Below, piece by piece: positions 23,512 through 33,157 of a stretch of DNA of 64,000 bases (position 1 is the first letter of the stretch; each line of letters begins with the position of its first letter). The stretch lies in the IMG/VR virus record IMGVR_UViG_3300045988_137301; one strand, written 5' to 3'. Under the pieces are notes generated by a model. The model made no database searches. It was not told the DNA's origin and was given only the letters and a program-made list of their open reading frames with translations. The position numbers and the translations under genes are program-made. The stretch comes from a virus.

Positions 23512-24804
23512 GAAAGGGGAGAAATCCCTTTTCTTTTAAATACAAATAATCTTTGTAGAAATGAACATAAGAAAAAAGTTTAAAACTATAAAGTGTTTGT
23601 ACAACTGGGGAACAATCTACAACCCAGAGACTGATGAAAAGTTAAACTTTAAGACTAAGCGAGTTTATTGTATAGCTTCTTGGGCTTGGGTCATGACCTA
23701 TCAAAAGTCAGAAAAGGATATTCCGGAAATAATCAGGATTGTCTTTGTAGATTAACTCTAAGGTACTATGAGTTATAAATAAAGTGCCCATATGAACCCC
23801 ATCATTGGAACATTGGTTAACGGGGGAAAACAACATCACAACAAATCAAAGTTTTCTGTTTAGTTTTAGGATTATATCTGGCAGCTTGGAAAGACAAGCA
23901 AATTGTGTTACTAATAGATTTAATGCTCATCTAGGGATTTTGGAGGAGAAAGGAAAGAAATTGTCCACTAAAAAGACCCTCAATTTCCGGACTTTTTCAA
24001 ATTCTCAAAAAACCTGCCAGAGTAGGAGTTATATAGCTCATACTCTCTATGAAAATTATCTAGTGTTTAGTCTGTAAAAAGACACCAAAAAGAAGGGTTA
24101 CGCAGAAAAGCCCAACACCAAAAATAACTGCTACAAATCTCATGTGCATATTCGCAAACTTAAGCACTATAGGATTTAGGTTGAGCTGTAAGGATTGGTC
24201 ACTTATAGCAATATTATGAGTACTGCTGATATGTCAGTGACCGCACATATTACATATAAAATATGTTATACGATTATGTTAGAAGTTGCCAGGTCTAAGA
24301 AGCCTGATTAAAATCTCTAGATAGTAAGAGAGAACCTCATAAGGGTTCATTTTCCATCTCGAACCTATTCGCAAGTTTATAGACTAGCTATCTATAAATT
24401 TAGTGAACGTTGATAACGTCCTCAGCATGGAAAACTGAGAAATAATCTCCTATCTTATTCTAGATATAGATAGGATTTCCCTACTGGTATAATGGATTAC
24501 ATCTCCCTTTAAAGGAGAAGATTCTGGCTCAAGTCCAGAGTAGGGAACTATTTAGTTGGATGTAGTCATATTATTATAATTATTATTGGATCATAATGGG
24601 TATGCCCTGAGACTATGTAGTTGTTGTGAAACAACTCAAAGTATTGTGGCACAGGAAGGCCTAACTTCTTTTCACTATTTATAGACTAAAAGGCACAGCG
24701 GTGCCTTTACTCTCAAGATAAGAACAACCTTTACGTGGTTTGAGAGATAAGTAAGCTATTTTAGCTGAAACTAATAGTTCTAGTAACAATTAAAAATATT
24801 CATC

Positions 24805-25131
24805 ATGGAAATTATCAAGATTAAAGAACAATCTATCAATGCAGAAGAATCTAAATTTTATAAGAAAATACTAGATTCTCTAGGAATAGTCTACGAAATA
24901 GAGGAAATCAAGAAGGAGCAAGTAGATGTTCCTATCTATGTCCTATTTGAAGAATTGGACGTTAGAGCAAATAATACCCTAAGGTCTGTTACTAATGATG
25001 TAACAATAACTTTAAGCACCTTCATCAAACAGTATTCAAAAAGAGATATACTAAGAGTTAGAAATGCAGGAAAGCATACATTAAGTTTAATAGAAGAAGC
25101 GTTCAAGAAGTTTGGGTACGAATTAAATTAA
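24805..25131 (+). CDS. Helix-hairpin-helix protein resembling the RNA polymerase alpha C-terminal domain
   Basis: Listed ORF. VRANNTLRSV...RVRNAGKHTLSLIEEAFKKFGYEL resembles the alpha-CTD LSVRSANCLK...GKKSLEEI pattern. Confidence 0.35.
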   Translation: MEIIKIKEQSINAEESKFYKKILDSLGIVYEIEEIKKEQVDVPIYVLFEELDVRANNTLRSVTNDVTITLSTFIKQYSKRDILRVRNAGKHTLSLIEEAFKKFGYELN

Positions 25132-25823
25132 GATCCTCTGATGAGTCTTTGAAAATTAAGACGAAACTGCTCGAAATGAGCAGTCAGGATTAGAAAAAAA
25201 AATTAGCACACCATGAGAAAAAGATTTAAAGAAGGGAGGATTGCATCCTCAGATAATTACGAATTATCAAGAAAAGTTTACATCTCTTATTTAAAAAGAT
25301 GTCACATTAAGAATATGGAAATAATTACTAGAATTTCTTCCGAAGCTTCAATAAAGCAGGAGAAGTATGTGAAGGTTTTTGGAGAATTAATTCCAATTTC
25401 CGAGAGTGAGTTAAAAGTTCATAGTACATTAATAATTGTGGAAGAATGAACAAGGTATTAACTATTGTAAGATGGGGATTTACGATTCCCATCTTCATTC
25501 TAGAGTGCATATTTAAAGCTTTAGCAAGGTTGCTCGTAACTATCATGACAGTGTTGATGGCAATAGCCTACCCGCTTATCAGAAGAAGTTGGAATAGATT
25601 TAATCGTTCCACCATATACAAATACGCAAATGTTTGGAAAACGTTTCCCATTACCAGAGCAGTATATAAATCATGGAAGTGATATTGGTAGATAGCTATG
25701 GACATCTTGTTAGATCATTCCAAACATGGAGTGAAGCGAATAAATTTCGTATAACTAGAAATAGACCAGATTGGAGGATTATAGAATGACTTACATAATA
25801 GTATTTATAATGTTAATTTTCAT

Positions 25824-26804
25824 ATGGAAGGCAATAGAAGAAATGTGAGAACAATATTGACCCATACAGGGAAAATATATGTAGACATAGACAACCAGCT
25901 TGAGTTTTTAACTGTAGGAGACTACGGAAAGGAAAATAATATCAAAGCTGACTTTCTAGGTTTAACTAAGGAAATACATGGAGTAGAGAATACAGCAGTA
26001 GACTTAAGTAAGAAATGGGTAGCAACTATTTCAACTCAGAAAGGTTGTCCTATGCATTGTAAATTCTGTGATGTTCCTAAGTTTGGATTCTATGGAAATG
26101 CTTCTATAGAAGACATGGAAAGACAAATCCGAACTATTATAGAAGGAGAGAGTATTAAAGAAACAGATAGGTTCAATGTACACTTTGCCAGAATGGGGGA
26201 ACCAACATGGAATGAGAATGTATTGGCATTCGGACTTGCTCTAAAGGGTATAGCCAAGTCTGCTGGATTAGTAGCTAAAACTATCCATCCGGTAGTCTCT
26301 ACCATGCTTCCAAAAGCAAATAGCAAACTTGGAAACTTCCTACAGATTTGGTGTAGTATCAAGAACGAATTCTACAATGGAGAAGCGGGTTTACAGCTTT
26401 CAATTAATTCTACAGACGATGGACAGAGAAGTGAACTGTTTAGCTCTAGAAGTTTGTCACTAACAGAAATTTCCAGACTAGCTGATAAGTTACCAATGCC
26501 AGTAGGCAGAAAGTATACTTTGAACTTCCCAGTAACAGCACAAACTATTCTTGATGCAAGAAAGTTGTCAGAATTATTTGATAAGGACAAATTTATTGTC
26601 AAAATCACTCCTATACATGAAACAACTTCCGCTATAGAAAGCGGACTCCAAATAACTGGATATACTGACTATGATGTTTACCGACATTTTGAACAACCCT
26701 TGTTAGAAGAAGGTTGGGATGTTATAGTGTTTGTTCCATCTAAGGAGGAAGATTCTGATAGAATAACTTGTGGAAATGCACTTATCGCGTTTAACAATTA
26801 TTAA
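25824..26804 (+). CDS. Radical SAM enzyme
   Basis: Listed ORF. The CPMHCKFC segment is a CxxxCxxC radical SAM cluster motif. Confidence 0.55.
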   Translation: MEGNRRNVRTILTHTGKIYVDIDNQLEFLTVGDYGKENNIKADFLGLTKEIHGVENTAVDLSKKWVATISTQKGCPMHCKFCDVPKFGFYGNASIEDMERQIRTIIEGESIKETDRFNVHFARMGEPTWNENVLAFGLALKGIAKSAGLVAKTIHPVVSTMLPKANSKLGNFLQIWCSIKNEFYNGEAGLQLSINSTDDGQRSELFSSRSLSLTEISRLADKLPMPVGRKYTLNFPVTAQTILDARKLSELFDKDKFIVKITPIHETTSAIESGLQITGYTDYDVYRHFEQPLLEEGWDVIVFVPSKEEDSDRITCGNALIAFNNY

Positions 26805-26846
26805 CTTCTGTAAGTATGGAATGTTGCTTAGTATAGCAACAGGTAA

Positions 26847-26918
26847 CTTCTCTTAGTTCAATGGATAGAACAACAGCCTTCTAAGCTGTATATCTCAGTT
26901 CGATTCTGAGAGAGAAGA
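26847..26918 (+). tRNA. tRNA-Arg(TCT)
   Basis: Acceptor cttctct/agagaag; D stem gttc/gaac; anticodon stem acagc/gctgt with loop cttctaa; T arm ctcag-ttcgatt-ctgag. Confidence 0.8.
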
Positions 26919-27146
26919 CAACTAAATTAATAGATCATGGAAAAAAGAAAGCTATTAGCACAAATGAGTTTTTGTCGCGGTCTGTTATATTATTTTGATA
27001 TGATAACAGATAGAGAGAATGAAAGAATACACAAGAGAATACTCAAATGGCAGGAAAAGAATAATGTAAAAATCAGCTCCAGCCAAATGGATTCAGTTGA
27101 TATAACATACAATGATACACCAGAGTCTTAATTTAAATCAGCCATT

Positions 27147-27506
27147 ATGAAATTAGATGTAATAGAATTAACGAAAGAATTGAACTCATTGAGATTATCA
27201 GGCGTGTGCCTTTCCATCTCTGAGTTTAGAGAGAAGGTAAGAAAATACGTAAGCTACAGTACATTCCCGTCTTTCCTGTTACAGGAAGGATTTGCTACTG
27301 CATCAGAGGGACAGGTATATTTTTCCAAATATCCTATACATATAACTAAAGTCGAAAAAATCTTGAAGTTGGCCAGAAATAAACAATATGGCTATAACAA
27401 GGAAACCGAAAGAAAGAAATATGAAAAAGAACTTCGGGTAGATGAGGTTATAAAATATCTAAAGGATAGAGGCTATATAATTATTAAACCTGTAGAAATG
27501 CTATAA
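27147..27506 (+). CDS. Hypothetical protein
   Basis: Listed ORF. Confidence 0.4.
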   Translation: MKLDVIELTKELNSLRLSGVCLSISEFREKVRKYVSYSTFPSFLLQEGFATASEGQVYFSKYPIHITKVEKILKLARNKQYGYNKETERKKYEKELRVDEVIKYLKDRGYIIIKPVEML

Positions 27507-27555
27507 TGGAATACGAAGGATTATCTGACGAAGAGCTTAACAAAATGAGTCCGTA

Positions 27556-27642
27556 ATTGGGATTGTAACCGGTAATTGGTAGCCGCGTAGACTGTAAATC
27601 TACTCTCCTTTGAGACTGGAGGTTCGAGTCCTGCTATCCAGA
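27556..27642 (+). tRNA. tRNA-Tyr(GTA)-like, type II, with aberrant acceptor stem (possible pseudogene)
   Basis: Anticodon hairpin gtaga-ctgtaaa-tctac; long variable hairpin tctc-cttt-gaga; T arm ggagg-ttcgagt-cctgc. No convincing 5' partner for 3' strand tatccag. Confidence 0.3.
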
Positions 27643-27847
27643 CAAGAAGTAATCAACATTCACTATTAGTACAGCAATTAGGACTGTAGGGTGCCTTTTA
27701 GATGAATCCCTGATTACTCCGATTAACAGAGGCAATGTCCTTAATATCGTTACCACGCACTGCGGCTATTAGCTGTTAGATGATTTGGGGTGCCAAATGG
27801 AAGAACGGTAACAGCTATGTTAATTAGAACGAATCTGTTAATTGTAT

Positions 27848-27930
27848 GGGAGTGCGCCAACGTTGGAGAGTTGGGCTTGACTGTAAATCAAGTGCCTATG
27901 GCTTAGAAGGTTCGAATCCTTCCACTCCCA
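27848..27930 (+). tRNA. tRNA-Tyr(GTA), type II
   Basis: Acceptor gggagtg/cactccc; D stem ccaa/ttgg; anticodon cttga-ctgtaaa-tcaag; long variable arm; T arm gaagg-ttcgaat-ccttc. Confidence 0.75.
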
Positions 27931-28023
27931 CAAATTTAATGAATATGTTAATAGGATTTTTAGTATTTATTACTCTAGAAATAGCTATAATAGCTACTAT
28001 AGGGTTTACTTATTTTCACGAAG

Positions 28024-28395
28024 ATGATAAGAATTTCAAGAATTATCGCAAAGGAAAGAATAGCTGATTTGTTAGACTTAAATTTCGTGTCTAAGATAGA
28101 ATTAAGACAGGGAAAACAAGGATTTAATAATCCTGCTATTTGTAGAGTAGAAATCTATTTACTACTTGAAAACGACAAAGAGTACTTTAATTCCAAAATG
28201 GCTGATATTATGTCATGGGCACAAAAGAACAAATGTAACATTGCTTTTACTACTGCTAGTATGGCTCTCAAAGACGGATTTATTAAAGAATCTGCTTTTG
28301 ATGATTTTAACTACCCAGTTCCTAAAAAGTATAAAGCATTATGTGATATTTATTCAGCAAGTTACTTTAATCTATTTAATAGAAGAAAGCTATAA
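28024..28395 (+). CDS. Hypothetical protein
   Basis: Listed ORF. Confidence 0.4.
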   Translation: MIRISRIIAKERIADLLDLNFVSKIELRQGKQGFNNPAICRVEIYLLLENDKEYFNSKMADIMSWAQKNKCNIAFTTASMALKDGFIKESAFDDFNYPVPKKYKALCDIYSASYFNLFNRRKL

Positions 28396-28531
28396 TGGAA
28401 GACAAGTACGAAGGATTATCTGACGAAGAACTTAAAGAGATTTTCGAAGATATGGAAGCAGACTATTGGATAGATCAATCTGGTTCTTGGTAAAGAGAGC
28501 ATTAATTAATAAAAGAAAAATAAAATGAATT

Positions 28532-29446
28532 ATGAGTATGGAAATGGATACTTGCCGGAAATCTGGTATTGAGGAAATCTCTAATTATGCAGTGAGATTA
28601 CAGGACAAAGGCGATAAAGAGGCTAGAGAGAATATTGATAAACTAATGATCTTTTATGTGTCATTGGGATGTAAATTCGCAACAAATGAAAAGGTAATAA
28701 GCAAGGCAAAATATTGTGTAACCTGTTATAGAAGACAGTGTATAAGGGTAGTCATAGAAAAAGATGAGTTTCATATAACAAAGGATGAATTTTATATAGC
28801 GAATGAGGAATATTTCTCCAAACAGGGAATAAAAGTACTCAATATAGATGAATACATGAAGCTTATTACCAAATTATCAAATAAACAAATAATGATGAAA
28901 AAGACTATCGAAATTGAATGTCCAGATGGCTACAAGCCTATCTACAATGCCGAAACAGGTAATGTTGAAATTGTTCCAGAGAATATTATGGGACTAATAA
29001 AGACCTATGAGGATGCTAGAGACTATCTTAGTATTAGAAATGAAGTTTCTTATAATAGATCTGCAGATTCTTTGGCTAAGCTGCAAATAATTCTAGATGC
29101 ATTGAATGAAGGATATAAATTCGATCTGCTGACTGGAATTGTGTGGTATCCTTGGGTTCGTTTCTTTAGAATGAACTCAGTGCCGAAAGATGCAGAAGTC
29201 ATTGGACACTTCCGTTATCAGGGCGAGAAATTCGCACTGGTGGGCGGCAGCGCTTTTGGGTCCGCTTCCGGGCTTGGCTATTTCTCTTCTTTCACTGGGG
29301 TCGGCGATGCCTATTCCTTTGTCGGGATGCTTGCATGCAAATCCAAGGAGATTGCCGAATATGTATCAACTCAGTTTGGAAAGCTAGTGGTTGATGCTTG
29401 TTTTGCAAGACACTTTAAAGGAGAAGAATTTGAATGGCTTGACTAA
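28532..29446 (+). CDS. Protein with C-terminal Gly-zipper-like module shared with the tail fiber and with 33722..34363
   Basis: Listed ORF. ...LVGGSAFGSASGLGYFSSFTGVGDAYSFVGMLACKSKEIAEYVSTQFGK... Confidence 0.55.
   Translation: MSMEMDTCRKSGIEEISNYAVRLQDKGDKEARENIDKLMIFYVSLGCKFATNEKVISKAKYCVTCYRRQCIRVVIEKDEFHITKDEFYIANEEYFSKQGIKVLNIDEYMKLITKLSNKQIMMKKTIEIECPDGYKPIYNAETGNVEIVPENIMGLIKTYEDARDYLSIRNEVSYNRSADSLAKLQIILDALNEGYKFDLLTGIVWYPWVRFFRMNSVPKDAEVIGHFRYQGEKFALVGGSAFGSASGLGYFSSFTGVGDAYSFVGMLACKSKEIAEYVSTQFGKLVVDACFARHFKGEEFEWLD
29242..29305 (+). repeat. 64-nt GC-rich segment identical to the reverse complement of 1905..1968; a 22-nt core also recurs at 34185..34206
   Basis: Direct sequence comparison. 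Confidence 0.8.
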
Positions 29447-29916
29447 TGAAAAAGTTCCTTGTATTTATGCTTGCTATGCTCTGGATGAGCATAGCAGCTT
29501 TTTCTCAGATAACCATATCTCAAGAAGATTATGATAGGTTGCCCAAAGAGGCAAGAACTCAAATTGAGAAAATAACTACTGAGAAAACTATAAAGGGGGA
29601 AATGTCTGAATATGCAAATCTTGGAAGAGAAATTGGAATTGCTGTCAATGAAACATTAAAAGCGGTTGAAGATTCAGCTGTAAGAATATCCAAATCTGAT
29701 CTAGGACAGACAGCAATAGCTATTGTAGTATGGAAATTGTTGTATAAAGAAATAGCTGGAGTTGCAGTAGGTACTGTGCTATTAGGAATGTCCCTATATT
29801 TATTAATAGTTGGAAGAGGAAAATTATCCAAGAATAGTGAAGATGCTGGTGGTTGGATAAGCATAGTCAGCAGTGTGGTAACTTTCATATCTTCTATGTT
29901 CTGTATGTTCGGTTAA
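29446..29916 (+). CDS. Membrane protein (N-terminal signal/TM and C-terminal TM segments)
   Basis: Listed ORF with hydrophobic ends. Confidence 0.45.
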   Translation: MKKFLVFMLAMLWMSIAAFSQITISQEDYDRLPKEARTQIEKITTEKTIKGEMSEYANLGREIGIAVNETLKAVEDSAVRISKSDLGQTAIAIVVWKLLYKEIAGVAVGTVLLGMSLYLLIVGRGKLSKNSEDAGGWISIVSSVVTFISSMFCMFG

Positions 29917-29926
29917 AGAATTGTAA

Positions 29927-30016
29927 GGAGGTGTAACCCTAATTGGTAAGGGAGTGGTCTTGAAAACCACCAGTAGTCGGTAACACGGCGTGCGGGTTCG
30001 AGTCCTGCCACCTCCG
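29927..30016 (+). tRNA. tRNA-Ser(TGA), type II
   Basis: Acceptor ggaggtg/cacctcc; anticodon gtggt-cttgaaa-accac; long variable arm; T arm gcggg-ttcgagt-cctgc. Confidence 0.75.
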
Positions 30017-30196
30017 CATAGGAAGTACTGCTGGTGCACAAGTGAGTACAACGTAACACCAAGGTTTTGACGAGTTCATGTAAGTTTAGCCCTTGTATTA
30101 GGCGTATCCTAGTTGTCCTTACTACACAGGATGTGGGTTGGTGTAGAAACCTTCTTTTTCAGCTAAGGTTAGAAGTGAAACAAACCTCAGCTTTAC

Positions 30197-30270
30197 GCGA
30201 GCTTAGTTCAGTTGGTTAGAACGTCGGTCTCCAAAACCGAATGTCGGGGGTTCAAGTCCTTCAGCTCGTG
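30197..30270 (+). tRNA. tRNA-Trp(CCA)
   Basis: Anticodon tcggt-ctccaaa-accga; D stem gttc/gaac; T loop ttcaagt; acceptor gcgagct/agctcgt with G1.U72. Confidence 0.75.
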
Positions 30271-30485
30271 CAAATATTAATATCAAAATTTTATGAAAAG
30301 AATTGAACTATTTTGTATAGCAGTTGCTGTGGTGATAGCAGTCTGTTGTTCGTTTACTTCTAGGGGAAGCCAACATTATTCGGTTGAGAAGGTATATACC
30401 AACCCTAATAGTCACATGAATATCTATAGAGTCTCCATTCCTGGGGAATATATTACGTACTCCATAATACGACTCAGGGAGGGTT

Positions 30486-31016
30486 ATGTACACTAAAATG
30501 AGCGAAGTTTATTATCTTTTAGCTGCCACTTCGTATGGTATTTTCATTGTTCAATTTGTATTATCTTGGTTTGGTGGGGATACTGATTTGGATGTAGACC
30601 TAGACGGAGAGATAGACATGAACGTAGGGGATATAGTGTCATTTAAAGGATTCATTCATTTCCTAATGGGAGGTTGTGGTTGGTTATCCATCAGATGTTT
30701 CAAGCATGGAAATGTAGAATGGTATGATTATCTAATAGCCTTGGCGCTTGGAGTAATATTTGTGGTTATACTTTACTATCTATATAAACTTTGTTTAAAA
30801 CTCCAACATTCCTGTATACCTGAAAAGGGAGAAAGATTAGTAGGAAAGGCTGCTACTATTTATTTACCTGGAGATAGTTATTATTTACTAACTCTAGAAA
30901 TCAATGGTATTTCAGAAGAAATTTCTGCCTATCCGGAATCTAGTAACATGGCATATAAACAGGGAACTGATGTCATTATTACACGGTATGAAGGAGGAAA
31001 ATATTATTTCAACTAA
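30486..31016 (+). CDS. Membrane protein
   Basis: Listed ORF with several hydrophobic helices. Confidence 0.45.
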   Translation: MYTKMSEVYYLLAATSYGIFIVQFVLSWFGGDTDLDVDLDGEIDMNVGDIVSFKGFIHFLMGGCGWLSIRCFKHGNVEWYDYLIALALGVIFVVILYYLYKLCLKLQHSCIPEKGERLVGKAATIYLPGDSYYLLTLEINGISEEISAYPESSNMAYKQGTDVIITRYEGGKYYFN

Positions 31017-31028
31017 TAAAAAATCATT

Positions 31029-32984
31029 ATGTTAGAAATGCTGATTATAGCAGGAGTTGTAATACTCTTAGCGGTATTGACCATCATTGGGTTGTTGTCT
31101 CGATATAGAAAATGTGCCAGTGATGAGATCTTGGTAGTGTTTGGTAAGGCAGGAAAGAAGAAGGTAGTTAACGAGAAAACCGGTAAAACAGAAGAAGTTA
31201 TACTACCATCTAAAATCATTCACGGTGGAGGTACATTCGTAATGCCAGTTATTCAGGACTGGGCTAAAATGTCTTTGAAGCCTATTCAGATTCAGGTGAT
31301 GGTAGAGGGAGTATCGAGCCAAATGATCAAGGTTAGGATTCCCGTAACATTAACTACTGGTATAGGAACCGATCAAGTACTAATGCAAAACGCTGCGAGT
31401 AGATTCTTAACAGCTAAAACTTCTGAAATCTCAGATCAAATCAAGGATATTCTCATTGGTGAGGTGAGAAGCTTGATGGCGACAATGACGATTGAGGAAA
31501 TAAATGCTGATAGAATCAAATTTATCGGCAAGGCAAAAGAGAATATTGAAACTGAGCTGAACAAGGTAGGTTTCAGTATTATCAACATTAACAACGCTGA
31601 CATCTCAGATGATGCAAACTATATCAAGAATCTTGGTCAGAAAGCTGCAACCAAAGCTCTTGCTCAGGCACAGGCTGACATTGCGGAAGAGAAGAAGAAA
31701 GGAGATATTCAGATTGCAGAAACTAACAAGCAGCGTGAGATTGCTGTAGCTGATGCTGAGAAGGAAAGAGAAACTACAGTTGCTCAGACTAAGCAGGAAC
31801 AGGAAGTAAAGGTTGCTGAAATTAATCAGGAGAAAGCTATTCGCTTGGCAGAAGCAGAGAAGAACAAACAAGCTGGTATCGCTGAACAGAAGGCGGAACA
31901 AGAAGCTAGTATTGCTCGTGCAAACACTCAAGCAGAATCAGCTAAAGCTGAAGCTGAATCTCAGAGAATAGCTAATGTAGCGAAATCTGCTTCAGAGGCT
32001 GCTTCTAAGAAAGCCGCTGCTGACGCAGAAGCAGAAGCTAATGTAGCTAAAGCTAAGGCGGAAGCAGATTCTAAGAAGGCTGAAGCTGAGGCTTTGAAGC
32101 AAACTCGTATTGCTCAAGCTAAGCAAAAGCAAGAAGCAGACACTCAGAAAGCAATTAATGAGCAAGAAGCTGCTACTGCAGAATATGAGTCTCAGAAAAG
32201 AATTAAGGCTGCAGAAGCTGACAAGCAAGCTGGAGTAGCTGAGCAGAAAGCAACTATTGAAGTATCAAAGGCTAAAGGAGAGGCTGCACAGGCACAAGCC
32301 GAAGCAGAAAAGGTAGCTGGTACTTCCAAGGTAGAGGCTAAAATGGCTGTAGCTAAAACAGAACAAGAGCGTCAAATTGAAGTTAACGAAGCCGCTGCTA
32401 AGGCAGAGGAAGCAAAACTCCAAGCTGAAATGATTGTTCCTGCTCAGAAACAAAAAGAGAAGGTAACTATTGAAGCAGAAGCAATTAAAGCTAAGGCGGT
32501 ATTAGAAGCAGAAGCAGAAGCTGCAAAGATTTTGAAAGAAGCAGAAGCAAAAGCTGACGCTACTAAACTGCAGTTGGAAGCAGAAGCAGAAGGTACTCGC
32601 AAGAAGTTGCTTGCTGAAGCTGAAGGTAAGAGAGCATCATTGATGGCAGAAGCTGACAAAGTTCAAGCTATCGAAATGGCTCCAGCCTTAGCAGTTGAGA
32701 AGATGATTGAATCTGGCTTAACTCCACAGATGGTGGTTCAGTACAAGACTGTCGATCAATTAGCTGGTATTGCTCAGGCATCTGCTCAGATGTTTGAACA
32801 CATTCACCTTGGACAGGTTACTGTTTATGGTAATGAAAATACTGCAGGTAACTTCATGGCCAAAACCGCAGAGAATTTAAGTCCTGCTCTTGACTTGCTG
32901 CGTTCTATTCCTTTTGCCGATACAGTAAAGGATATGTTTGGCAAGAAACAAGTAGAAGCAACTGAATTTGAGGAAATGAAGTAA
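31029..32984 (+). CDS. SPFH/flotillin-like membrane protein with ~400-aa Ala/Glu/Lys-rich coiled coil
   Basis: Listed ORF. N-terminal TM segment, band-7/flotillin-like region (IIHGGGTFVMPVIQ...), then a long EAEAKA-type low-complexity coiled coil. Confidence 0.6.
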   Translation: MLEMLIIAGVVILLAVLTIIGLLSRYRKCASDEILVVFGKAGKKKVVNEKTGKTEEVILPSKIIHGGGTFVMPVIQDWAKMSLKPIQIQVMVEGVSSQMIKVRIPVTLTTGIGTDQVLMQNAASRFLTAKTSEISDQIKDILIGEVRSLMATMTIEEINADRIKFIGKAKENIETELNKVGFSIININNADISDDANYIKNLGQKAATKALAQAQADIAEEKKKGDIQIAETNKQREIAVADAEKERETTVAQTKQEQEVKVAEINQEKAIRLAEAEKNKQAGIAEQKAEQEASIARANTQAESAKAEAESQRIANVAKSASEAASKKAAADAEAEANVAKAKAEADSKKAEAEALKQTRIAQAKQKQEADTQKAINEQEAATAEYESQKRIKAAEADKQAGVAEQKATIEVSKAKGEAAQAQAEAEKVAGTSKVEAKMAVAKTEQERQIEVNEAAAKAEEAKLQAEMIVPAQKQKEKVTIEAEAIKAKAVLEAEAEAAKILKEAEAKADATKLQLEAEAEGTRKKLLAEAEGKRASLMAEADKVQAIEMAPALAVEKMIESGLTPQMVVQYKTVDQLAGIAQASAQMFEHIHLGQVTVYGNENTAGNFMAKTAENLSPALDLLRSIPFADTVKDMFGKKQVEATEFEEMK

Positions 32985-33045
32985 TTGCAGCGAAAGGGCT
33001 TTACAAAAAAGATAGTAAAGTATAACAAAAGCCCTTTCGCAACTT

Positions 33046-33133
33046 GGAGGTATGGGTGAGTGGTCTAAACCAGAGTCCTGCTAAGACTCCGGGCCTCAAA
33101 AGGGTCCCGCTGGTTCGAATCCAGCTGCCTCCG
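33046..33133 (+). tRNA. tRNA-Ser(GCT), type II
   Basis: Acceptor ggaggta/tgcctcc; anticodon gagtc-ctgctaa-gactc; long variable hairpin cgggcc...ggtcccg; T arm ctgg-ttcgaat-ccag. Confidence 0.75.
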
Positions 33134-33157
33134 CATTAACTTAAATAATTATTAGGT

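Noticed and set aside
27846-28067. Listed ORF 27846..28067 (and 39523..39762, 29824..30051)
   Set aside because: Each starts inside or runs through a well-formed tRNA gene (Tyr, Met, Ser respectively), so they are artefacts of six-frame translation.
29927-30016. tRNA-Ser(TGA) or tRNA-Trp(CCA) as evidence for TGA recoding
   Set aside because: Anticodon TGA reads UCA (Ser) and the Trp tRNA has a normal CCA anticodon. TGA terminates several TAG-containing genes traced here, so there is no sign of TGA reassignment.
30017-30196. Possible extra tRNA or ncRNA between tRNA-Ser(TGA) and tRNA-Trp
   Set aside because: No T-loop motif or cloverleaf could be formed. Only local stems are present. Left unannotated.
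31605-32659. Minus-strand ORFs (31605..31931, 31992..32228, 32265..32453, 32444..32659) antisense to the flotillin-like gene
   Set aside because: They are mirror images of the Ala/Glu/Lys-rich low-complexity coiled-coil region (runs of Ser/Leu/Phe/Cys), have no start context and are fully embedded in a strong plus-strand gene.
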